Shown here: positions 1 to 6,225 of the stretch, in pieces
Layout of the letters: each line of letters starts with the position of its first letter
How positions within the stretch are numbered: position 1 is the stretch's first letter
Source of the DNA: a virus
UHGV virus genome: UHGV-0236088
DNA: 14,359 nucleotides
Reading direction: 5' to 3' (one strand)
Notes under the pieces: model-generated
What the model was told of the DNA's origin: nothing
Seen by the model: the letters and a program-made list of their open reading frames with translations, nothing else
The model's database searches: none
Translations under genes and position numbers: made by a program

Positions 1-196
1 TATTCCCCATTCGCGCGTCGTGTTCCTCTTGCGCCCGCTTATTCTCCTGTGATTTGAAGTAATAATTAACGGCAAATGTGCCTACGGTTGATAAGATACC
101 CACAAAGACGGCAATGTCATTGATGGTTATCGCGCCGAAAAAAGCAGTTACGGCCCCAGTCACATACGCGCACGCCTCCCGTATTCTGTCGAACAT
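1..196 (-). CDS. Holin, N-terminal 65 codons; gene continues past the window start
   Basis: ATG at 196-194 preceded by GGAGG (208-204). Translation MFDRIREACAYVTGAVTAFFGAITINDIAVFVGILSTVGTFAVNYYFKSQENKRAQEEHDARMGN has two hydrophobic helices followed by a charged tail (YYFK then KRAQEE), the layout of small class II or pinholin-type lambdoid holins. Position directly after a promoter-terminator module fits a first late gene. Confidence 0.55.
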   Translation of the reverse strand, partial: MFDRIREACAYVTGAVTAFFGAITINDIAVFVGILSTVGTFAVNYYFKSQENKRAQEEHDARMGN

Positions 197-208
197 AGAT
201 TTACCTCC

Positions 209-240
209 AACAAAGCAAAAACCCGGCGCGGGGGCCGGGT
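209..240 (-). terminator. Intrinsic terminator-like hairpin plus T-tract immediately upstream of the holin RBS (tR'-like)
   Basis: Minus strand reads CCCGGC-CCCCGC-GCCGGG (239-222), a perfect 6 bp GC stem, followed by TTTTTGCTTTGTT (221-209), then GGAGG and the holin ATG. Confidence 0.5.
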
Positions 241-267
241 AATTACAATTTCGCATTGTTAGGAAAT

Positions 268-296
268 ATTTTAATCCGTTTGTTTACGCTCTACAA
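268..296 (-). promoter_or_regulatory. Candidate sigma70 promoter (possible late promoter, pR'-like)
   Basis: Minus strand TTGTAG (296-291), 17 nt spacer, TAAAAT (273-268). Predicted start near 260, about 40 nt before the terminator T-tract. No ORF lies between it and the terminator. Confidence 0.25.
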
Positions 297-477
297 ATAC
301 GGCTTTACTGCTTTCTGTATATCAGGCCGTTATCAAGCAACATCTGCATATGCCAACGATCCATGCCGCTTGATTCCCAATATTTATTGCCCGCGCTTTG
401 TGTCATCACCTTATCACCTTTAACCAAATAGGCGATGTTAAATAACATGTGCAAATAGATACCGTCTTCGATCTCGT

Positions 478-660
478 TTATAGGTCGCTCACCCTCACCA
501 GTTTACCAGCATCAAGAAATATTTTGATTGTTTCTCGCGTAGTCTTAATGATTGGCGATACCCACTCGCCACAGCCAACGCGGATACGAATATCATCACC
601 TTCCACGCGGTAAAACAACCTGTCGACTACTGTTGCTGCGTACACACCATCTTCAATCAT
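478..660 (-). CDS. Hypothetical protein, 60 aa
   Basis: ORF track entry. AAGGAG 8 nt upstream of ATG at 660. ATGA overlap with the stop of the upstream gene. Confidence 0.5.
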   Translation of the reverse strand: MIEDGVYAATVVDRLFYRVEGDDIRIRVGCGEWVSPIIKTTRETIKIFLDAGKLVRVSDL

Positions 661-857
661 TTCTTGCGCTCCTTAATGGCCCGCATGATGTTGATGCGCA
701 TAGCATCAGCGAAAGCGTATATTGTAATGAAAGGCCAGAAAACCAACTCAAACCAAATAACGCCGTCACTACCTACAGCTTTCTGAAGAGCGCCCATTAA
801 AACTACACCAGCAAGGTAAAGGAGAACTACCGCAATAATAAGACATTCAATCATCAT
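657..857 (-). CDS. Small membrane protein, about 66 aa, two predicted transmembrane helices
   Basis: Translation is dominated by hydrophobic runs (IIAVVLLYLAGVVLMGAL and WFELVFWPFITIYAF). Tandem ATG ATG start with GAGGG upstream. Confidence 0.45.
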   Translation of the reverse strand: MMIECLIIAVVLLYLAGVVLMGALQKAVGSDGVIWFELVFWPFITIYAFADAMRINIMRAIKERKK

Positions 858-1104
858 CGCCCTCGTCTTCTTGTTCAGCTAGGAAATAATCAACTACGCG
901 GTAAGTCACTGGCGGGATGTATTCGAAATCATCCGAATCAAGATCAAGCGTCCGGCTGTCGCCGTCGTCGTCCATTGTGTTCATTCCCAACTCACCGAAA
1001 GGGCCGTACCCAATGTGGCCCAGATATTCGCAACCAATCGTAAAGCCAGGATATTCGCGTTTACATCTGACTTTATACAGCTTATTTGATGCGCTCAATT
1101 TCAA
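847..1104 (-). CDS. Hypothetical protein with a strongly acidic C-terminal half
   Basis: ORF track entry. The last 42 residues contain 17 Asp/Glu and 2 Arg. Start is uncertain: TTG at 1104 or 1098 (GAGGGG just upstream), or ATG at 984. Confidence 0.4.
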   Translation of the reverse strand: MKLSASNKLYKVRCKREYPGFTIGCEYLGHIGYGPFGELGMNTMDDDGDSRTLDLDSDDFEYIPPVTYRVVDYFLAEQEDEGDDD

Positions 1105-1405
1105 CCCCTCTGTTTTCTGCTTCAGTCATTTTGTATTCTGCAACCAGTTCAGCGCCAAGCAATTCCACTTCCATATCAGCGATACCCTGGAACATCAGAT
1201 AGGCAAAAACTAGGCTTTTAATTCTATCCAGGTCTTCAAGATGGTCTGCGTCAAAAGGCGGTTCAGATACGTGGAAGCATTTAACGTGCGCGTCGTCTTC
1301 AGTAGCCACACGGAAACATGCGCCGCGTTTACCTGCGAATTGTCCAATTTCTTTATCTTCTGGAAAAGATCCACGGAAAACTTTAACACTGATAAATTTA
1401 GACAT
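1082..1405 (-). CDS. Hypothetical protein, 107 aa
   Basis: GAAGGAGAG 7 nt upstream of ATG at 1405. No family recognised. Confidence 0.55.
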   Translation of the reverse strand: MSKFISVKVFRGSFPEDKEIGQFAGKRGACFRVATEDDAHVKCFHVSEPPFDADHLEDLDRIKSLVFAYLMFQGIADMEVELLGAELVAEYKMTEAENRGVEIERIK

Positions 1406-1428
1406 TGATTACTCTCCTTCGTAAGGAA

Positions 1429-1728
1429 TTAAAATTCAGCACCAGGTAAGCTACGCGCTTTATTTACCACATCGTGTTTTAACAATAAACTGGCGTGATA
1501 ACTTATGATCCCCATAATACCGACCTGTATTTCATCATTTTTTGACTTTATTATTAACAACTGGTTTTTAGTGAAGATCCTGTCTCCATCAGTGATATAT
1601 AACCAGTCACCACGTTTGCCAACAACAATGTGAGATCTGCCTAAGCTGTCTTTAAATTCATAATTACAGAAAACATCATCGTTAGGAACTTCAACAAAAC
1701 AGCAAGCAATAAATTTAGCGCTTTTCAT
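1429..1728 (-). CDS. Hypothetical protein, 99 aa (start moved to internal ATG)
   Basis: GAAGGGTG about 6 nt upstream of ATG at 1728 (MKSAKFIACCF...). The longer ORF-track start at 1758 has no RBS. Confidence 0.5.
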   Translation of the reverse strand: MKSAKFIACCFVEVPNDDVFCNYEFKDSLGRSHIVVGKRGDWLYITDGDRIFTKNQLLIIKSKNDEIQVGIMGIISYHASLLLKHDVVNKARSLPGAEF

Positions 1729-1771
1729 GATTACACCCTTCTGATTTGATGGGGCCATCCTGCCCCGTGTT

Positions 1772-1912
1772 TTATGCTTCTTCGCCTCCTTTAAACCCTA
1801 AGCACTCCGCGTACTCGTCAATGCTTAATGCTTCTTCACCTTGTGCCAGTAATTCAAAGTATCTTGCGTACAGTTCGAAAACCCAGGCCGGATATTTAGC
1901 GTTAGCGTTCAT
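1772..1912 (-). CDS. Small hypothetical protein, 46 aa (below the ORF-track cutoff)
   Basis: ATG at 1912 preceded by AAGGGGG. Translation MNANAKYPAWVFELYARYFELLAQGEEALSIDEYAECLGFKGGEEA. It fills the gap between neighbouring genes. Confidence 0.35.
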   Translation of the reverse strand: MNANAKYPAWVFELYARYFELLAQGEEALSIDEYAECLGFKGGEEA

Positions 1913-1922
1913 GGTTTCCCCC

Positions 1923-2195
1923 TTATGCCATACGTGCGAATTCAAGTGATTTGCATTCGTAGTCTTCCTCTGCCTGCATCACCACGTTGTTAATCATATG
2001 GTTTGCATCATCGAAGCCGTATTTTTTGGCGAATTCATCAGCACCGCCTTGGTGGTCATGCTCTGCGTTCATCGCTTCTACATAGTGGAACTCAAGATTG
2101 TTCAGGTAGGGACTAGAAACGCCGTCCTCTTTTTCAATCAGATCCCAAATTGCATTGAAGCGGGCTTTTGTTTCTTCGTTAATCCAGCGTTTCAT
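1923..2195 (-). CDS. Hypothetical protein, 90 aa
   Basis: GGAGGGTAG upstream of ATG at 2195. First gene downstream of the operator/promoter-like element at 2231-2276. Confidence 0.5.
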   Translation of the reverse strand: MKRWINEETKARFNAIWDLIEKEDGVSSPYLNNLEFHYVEAMNAEHDHQGGADEFAKKYGFDDANHMINNVVMQAEEDYECKSLEFARMA

Positions 2196-2230
2196 TTTTC
2201 TACCCTCCGCATCGTTCTCTCTTCAGCTTC

Positions 2231-2276
2231 TTTATAACAAAATGGCGCCACCAGAACAATGCCATTTTGTAAACTT
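2231..2276 (-). promoter_or_regulatory. Promoter/operator-like element, copy 1 of a repeated intergenic motif
   Basis: Minus strand TTGTTC (2259-2254), 17 nt spacer, TATAAA (2236-2231). Flanked by the inverted 9-mers ACAAAATGG and CCATTTTGT. Shares a 40 bp module with 8403-8483. Confidence 0.35.
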
Positions 2277-2293
2277 TGAAGGGTAGATCACAT

Positions 2294-2518
2294 TTATGCT
2301 TCTTCCGTAAAAGTAACCTTCATCGCCCCATCCGAACTACGGACAACATAACGACCAATACCGCCTAGCGGCCCTGCATACCATAAGTGACCGTAAGTGT
2401 CAGTCACGACGATAAACGGAAACTTAGGCGACAACCCCATCGGTTTTTCAGCCGTATACTGTGCGCCTTCTTCAAAACAGCCTAATTTCGATTCGTTACA
2501 CGTTAAAATCATTTTCAT
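2294..2518 (-). CDS. Small protein, 74 aa, member D of a four-gene tandem paralog array
   Basis: ATGA overlap with the upstream gene. Shared blocks FEEGAQY and IVVTDTYGHLWYA. Confidence 0.5.
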   Translation of the reverse strand: MKMILTCNESKLGCFEEGAQYTAEKPMGLSPKFPFIVVTDTYGHLWYAGPLGGIGRYVVRSSDGAMKVTFTEEA

Positions 2519-2754
2519 ACCCCTACATACGAAAACGCAGCAAAAGCACCACCACCAGCACGCGCATAAACAAGTGCCGTGCCATACCCCATCTTATAAA
2601 ATCGCCATAACTGACCCTGGTCGTCAGTAATGGCATGAATATATTCCTGATCCTTTGCGTCAACCAATGCCGCGCCAACCTCGTAGATCTTGCCATTCTT
2701 AAAAAACGCGCTGCATCGTGAGTATGTGCACTGGTATCTATGTTTCCGATTCAT
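2515..2754 (-). CDS. Small protein, 79 aa, paralog C
   Basis: GAGGTG upstream of ATG at 2754. Shared blocks FKNGKIYEVG and HAITDDQGQLWRF. Confidence 0.5.
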   Translation of the reverse strand: MNRKHRYQCTYSRCSAFFKNGKIYEVGAALVDAKDQEYIHAITDDQGQLWRFYKMGYGTALVYARAGGGAFAAFSYVGV

Positions 2755-2764
2755 AGCACCTCAC

Positions 2765-3022
2765 TTATTCCGGTTTACTGCCTTCGCGGGCGCAAAACTC
2801 CGCGATCTCACGGAAATCATGCACTATGCGATAAATATACAAACCAGCGGCGTTATTGATATGGCTAACATAAGCGAAATAAACTTTATCATCATCGCCA
2901 GTTATCGCCATTGCACCATCACCGCCCGGTGCGCCGTGGAGTTGAACGCCGCAATAGATCTTCCCTTCTTCAAAAATATTGCGGTCGCGCGTCTGCAATA
3001 CCTCAAAATATAAATGTTTCAT
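2765..3022 (-). CDS. Small protein, 85 aa, paralog B (start moved to internal ATG)
   Basis: AAAGGGG 6 nt upstream of ATG at 3022 (MKHLYF...). Shared blocks FEEGKIYCGV and MAITGDDDKVYFA. Confidence 0.5.
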   Translation of the reverse strand: MKHLYFEVLQTRDRNIFEEGKIYCGVQLHGAPGGDGAMAITGDDDKVYFAYVSHINNAAGLYIYRIVHDFREIAEFCAREGSKPE

Positions 3023-3032
3023 TGTTGCCCCT

Positions 3033-3245
3033 TTAATAACGTTCAAAGCTGGCAGCAAAACCTACACCGGATATTTCACCGCCTTCATAGCTCGGCCTGA
3101 ATACCCATATTTCGTCATGATTATCAATCAAGGCAAGGCAATTACTCATTGTGTGTGCTTCATTGCCATAAACGATGTGAACGTCATAAATACTCCCAAT
3201 CGTGAAAACACTGTCATTGCTTGAGTATGAGCATTTAACTTGCAT
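3033..3245 (-). CDS. Small protein, 70 aa, paralog A
   Basis: AAAGGGG upstream of ATG at 3245; TGATG overlap with the upstream stop. Shared blocks FTIGSIY and ALIDNHDEIWVF. Confidence 0.5.
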   Translation of the reverse strand: MQVKCSYSSNDSVFTIGSIYDVHIVYGNEAHTMSNCLALIDNHDEIWVFRPSYEGGEISGVGFAASFERY

Positions 3246-3496
3246 CAGAAAACCCCTTTATAATCGACCGTGTATTTTGCCACTAATTTCCATTCACAAT
3301 AGTTTTCCATGTCGCGAGGTTGCCAACCCTTCATCCCTACCGCACTCCGCGCAGCGTGACGGCGATAATAATCGTTATGGCTAGCTATGCACCACGGGTA
3401 CAGGACAAACATATATCCTGCCTCGTTAACCAGGATCGCCATCCGCTTTCCAGTTGCCTTATCTTTCGCCCGGAAATAACTTACCTTGATTTTCAT
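3245..3496 (-). CDS. Hypothetical protein, 83 aa
   Basis: GAGGTAA 7 nt upstream of ATG at 3496. Confidence 0.5.
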   Translation of the reverse strand: MKIKVSYFRAKDKATGKRMAILVNEAGYMFVLYPWCIASHNDYYRRHAARSAVGMKGWQPRDMENYCEWKLVAKYTVDYKGVF

Positions 3497-3707
3497 TTTT
3501 AATTACCTCGATCAGCATTTCTTCTTCCAGGTTAGCCGGGCGTTTACGAAATATCCCGGCAAAAACCAAATCATCCAGGTATCCTTTAGTGCAAAACAGC
3601 TTTTCTTCTCTCACCCCGTCAGAATCGCATCTATAAGCCTTTCCATTTATCAGAAAATAAAAGCTATAAGATGAAGGTGCCAGGCAAACATCCTCGTAAA
3701 CGTCCAT
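3459..3707 (-). CDS. Hypothetical protein, 82 aa
   Basis: GAGGGT upstream of ATG at 3707. Overlaps the next gene by 38 nt. Confidence 0.45.
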   Translation of the reverse strand: MDVYEDVCLAPSSYSFYFLINGKAYRCDSDGVREEKLFCTKGYLDDLVFAGIFRKRPANLEEEMLIEVIKNENQGKLFPGER

Positions 3708-3711
3708 AATA

Positions 3712-3939
3712 TTAACCCTCGACTACTTCCAGCCCGCGTCCCTTATCGCCAACGAAGTCGCCCAGGCTGAACGTATACGACCATGCCGGATTTATGTAAT
3801 GGTCATCAGCACCAGCGGCAATGAGATCAGCACCATTAATCATGCAAGTAATCTCATCGCTATGAACGACATTAACGACCTTACCAACAACCTGTTTCAA
3901 TGACGGGTAGCCGTGATCGTGCAAGAATTTAACTTTCAT
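3712..3939 (-). CDS. Hypothetical protein, 75 aa (start moved to internal ATG)
   Basis: AAGGGAAAG 6 nt upstream of ATG at 3939 (MKVKFLHDHG...). The longer ORF-track start has no RBS. Confidence 0.45.
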   Translation of the reverse strand: MKVKFLHDHGYPSLKQVVGKVVNVVHSDEITCMINGADLIAAGADDHYINPAWSYTFSLGDFVGDKGRGLEVVEG

Positions 3940-4222
3940 ATTTCTTTCCCTTGTAAGTAACAGCATCAGCGATAAGCAATACCGCCAGCATTTCTCCGTC
4001 ATGCAACGGGTCTGGAATAGCAAAAAATATGTCGCTGTTTTTGTCCGGCACTACTACGCGCATATTGCCTTGTTTGTCTTCATGAACAAACCACGGCTTT
4101 TCGTGTGGCTCAAACATACCGAAAAGCAATTTAAGATCTATTTCTTCTCCCTTCGTGAATAACGATACATCCGTTGTAGCGATAACTAACGCTTTCTGAT
4201 CTGCTGCTTTCTTTGCTTTCAT
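3929..4222 (-). CDS. Hypothetical protein, 97 aa
   Basis: GGAGG upstream of ATG at 4222; ATGA overlap with the upstream stop. Confidence 0.5.
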   Translation of the reverse strand: MKAKKAADQKALVIATTDVSLFTKGEEIDLKLLFGMFEPHEKPWFVHEDKQGNMRVVVPDKNSDIFFAIPDPLHDGEMLAVLLIADAVTYKGKKYES

Positions 4223-4452
4223 TCACCTGCCTCCCATCGGTCAATGCTGATTAAAAAGTCACGTATAGCGTGTCGTTCGTCGCGCGTTGGCTTGCGCTTT
4301 CTGTAGATCTTGAAGTCAAACCATTCTTTTTCTTGTTCGAAATCCATGTCGTAAGCAAGCGCCTCAATATATCCGCAGTCGTGATACTGGTACGCCACGC
4401 CAGCACGAACAAAAAAGCGGGTTTTATCCCGCTTGTGTTCATAAATACGCAT
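4219..4452 (-). CDS. Hypothetical protein, 77 aa
   Basis: GGGG 7 nt upstream of ATG at 4452. Confidence 0.5.
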   Translation of the reverse strand: MRIYEHKRDKTRFFVRAGVAYQYHDCGYIEALAYDMDFEQEKEWFDFKIYRKRKPTRDERHAIRDFLISIDRWEAGE

Positions 4453-4462
4453 ATTTACCCCG

Positions 4463-4693
4463 TTATGCAGTTGTGTAGCTGTCTACCAGCTTTTCATCCT
4501 TCATTCTTGCAAGCTGTGCAATGTTCATCGTGTAGCCGCCATCAGAGAAAAGCCACTCCGCAGCCTTGCGACGAAAAACAATATCATCATGGTTGTGCGT
4601 CCATGTAGCGATAACCACGCGCTTTCCGTCAGTGGCAAACATTGTTAATTCATTATCAACTACGTCGATAGCCTGCCATATTTTTAGCTCCAT
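4463..4693 (-). CDS. Hypothetical protein, 76 aa
   Basis: GGGGA 7 nt upstream of ATG at 4693. Confidence 0.5.
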   Translation of the reverse strand: MELKIWQAIDVVDNELTMFATDGKRVVIATWTHNHDDIVFRRKAAEWLFSDGGYTMNIAQLARMKDEKLVDSYTTA

Positions 4694-5049
4694 GATTTAT
4701 CCCCGTAAATTTTGAATAATTCCCGTGCTTCTTGATCTTCAAATAACTTCATATGCAGATCATGCAGGCGGCGCATTGTGCGGAAACGCGGTCGGAACTC
4801 CTGTCTGTTTTTAATAAACTTACCGCCAATTGAATAAATATGACCGTATGAATACCATCTATCCCCGACCCAAATTAGATAAATTTCACCCTCATAATTA
4901 AATTTGATTGTAAGCTCGTCAACCTCCATTATTAATCCTTTATCGAGGATATCATTCAGCATGTCGTCCCATTCTTTGAGGAATTGTTGCTGATACATGC
5001 CAAAAATTGTATTTGCAGCGTGGCAAAGGTAATCAAGGATTATTTGCAT
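4684..5049 (-). CDS. Hypothetical protein, 121 aa
   Basis: ORF track entry with a plausible GTGGTGA RBS. Confidence 0.5.
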   Translation of the reverse strand: MQIILDYLCHAANTIFGMYQQQFLKEWDDMLNDILDKGLIMEVDELTIKFNYEGEIYLIWVGDRWYSYGHIYSIGGKFIKNRQEFRPRFRTMRRLHDLHMKLFEDQEARELFKIYGDKSWS

Positions 5050-5053
5050 ATTG

Positions 5054-5266
5054 TCACCACATCATATAATAAACGTTATCGTAAGCTAATTGGTCCGCGT
5101 CTTCTTGCGTCATGTGCCGCGCTTCCAGAAAGAAATCTTCGTTATGCCATTCACAAACAAGCATTCGCGCCCATTTGCGGCGCTGGCGTTTATTGTGTCG
5201 CAGATCATCAAAAACCTTTAACGCTTTGTCATATGACCTTACCAGGCGTTTACGGTTACTTTTCAT
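5054..5266 (-). CDS. Hypothetical basic protein, 70 aa
   Basis: AGGAG/GGTGAG upstream of ATG at 5266. Arg/Lys-rich N-terminal half. Confidence 0.5.
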   Translation of the reverse strand: MKSNRKRLVRSYDKALKVFDDLRHNKRQRRKWARMLVCEWHNEDFFLEARHMTQEDADQLAYDNVYYMMW

Positions 5267-5471
5267 TTCTCACCACTCCTATTTCCTTGATCTCAATATT
5301 GCGCAACCGGACGTCGCACGGCGTTTCAGATTTACCAGTAAGCGCCAGCGTCAGGTTTTCAGGTGTCGTATAGAGAATTATCTCTTTACCCGTGCTAAAT
5401 TTAATTTCTATGCGGATCTCGCTTTCGTCGCCGCACAACACACGACTGATTGACAGGCCAGCTTTTTTCAT
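5256..5471 (-). CDS. Hypothetical protein, 71 aa (start moved to internal ATG)
   Basis: AAGGTGGGGGAG upstream of ATG at 5471; ATGA overlap with the upstream stop. Confidence 0.5.
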   Translation of the reverse strand: MKKAGLSISRVLCGDESEIRIEIKFSTGKEIILYTTPENLTLALTGKSETPCDVRLRNIEIKEIGVVRNEK

Positions 5472-5776
5472 TGCTCCCCCCACCTTAACATCCAATTCAC
5501 ATCACATTTAATTGCGAATACCTTAACAGGATCAGGGCCGAATAATGGATGCGTGATAGTTTTTACTTCGTACCCGAAATAAGGCAGGTTTATGTTCCGG
5601 TGCGCTTCGTGGCTGGCTGGATACCCCAGCTTAATGATCAGGCGTTCATATTCCCGCCCCTCCAGGCGTTTACGCCAATAGTCATTGTAAAGCCTGTATT
5701 CTTCCACCTTCTTTCCCGCCCGGATGGCGTGGAAATATTCCCCTTTCAGGTTCAAGTGTAGGTCTTTACTTGCCAT
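5468..5776 (-). CDS. Hypothetical protein, 102 aa; possible ASCH/PUA-like fold (weak)
   Basis: N-terminal HLNLKGEYFHAIRAGKKVEEYR resembles the ASCH/DUF3850 beta-barrel signature (Y/F..I..G.K..E.R). Recalled from memory only, no search run. Confidence 0.45.
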   Translation of the reverse strand: MASKDLHLNLKGEYFHAIRAGKKVEEYRLYNDYWRKRLEGREYERLIIKLGYPASHEAHRNINLPYFGYEVKTITHPLFGPDPVKVFAIKCDVNWMLRWGEQ

Positions 5777-6035
5777 CGCTATGATCCTGTAAGCAGTCGT
5801 TGTAGCCTTCGATGTATCCGGTTAATCCTGTGTTACTTACTGACCAATCAGCCGAACGGCGCTTGATGGCCTTGTCCATAGTCATCTCGTCACCTGGCCC
5901 GCCTGGCTCGATGTATTTTCTTAAATCCCTTACTATCCACGACCCTAATTGTTGCGTATCACTGCACACACGCGCCGTTAATGTCAGATTATTAACCAGC
6001 TTTGCGAATAGATGTTCTTTTAATTTAGGCTTCAT
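5766..6035 (-). CDS. Hypothetical protein, 89 aa
   Basis: GAGGTGAAGG upstream of ATG at 6035. Confidence 0.5.
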   Translation of the reverse strand: MKPKLKEHLFAKLVNNLTLTARVCSDTQQLGSWIVRDLRKYIEPGGPGDEMTMDKAIKRRSADWSVSNTGLTGYIEGYNDCLQDHSDGK

Positions 6036-6225
6036 CCTTCACCTCGCGACGATAGATTTCTACTGGCTTAACCGGAATAGCGTTAAAATCCCCTTCATCC
6101 AGTGCGGCAATAAACGTTAGCGCCAACCGTGCTTCAACACCGCTTAAATACTTGCACCATGCATCACCGTTATAATCTTCAAAAAGAATAATCACTTTTT
6201 TCATGTTTATCTCTTGTTGTTTCAT
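6025..6225 (-). CDS. Hypothetical protein, 66 aa, translationally coupled to Q
   Basis: TAATG overlap with the Q stop codon. An alternative ATG at 6204 would give MKKVIILF.... Confidence 0.45.
   Translation of the reverse strand: MKQQEINMKKVIILFEDYNGDAWCKYLSGVEARLALTFIAALDEGDFNAIPVKPVEIYRREVKDEA

Noticed and set aside
1751-1766. GGGGC-N6-GCCCC hairpin between two minus-strand genes, considered as a terminator
   Set aside because: On the gene strand there is no T-tract after the stem; the T-rich run is on the plus strand, which has no genes. It could be an RNA processing or stability element, but it is not a convincing terminator.
4251-4442. 63 aa minus-strand ORF in an alternative frame
   Set aside because: It is entirely nested inside the 4219-4452 gene, which has the better RBS and an ATGA junction with its neighbour.
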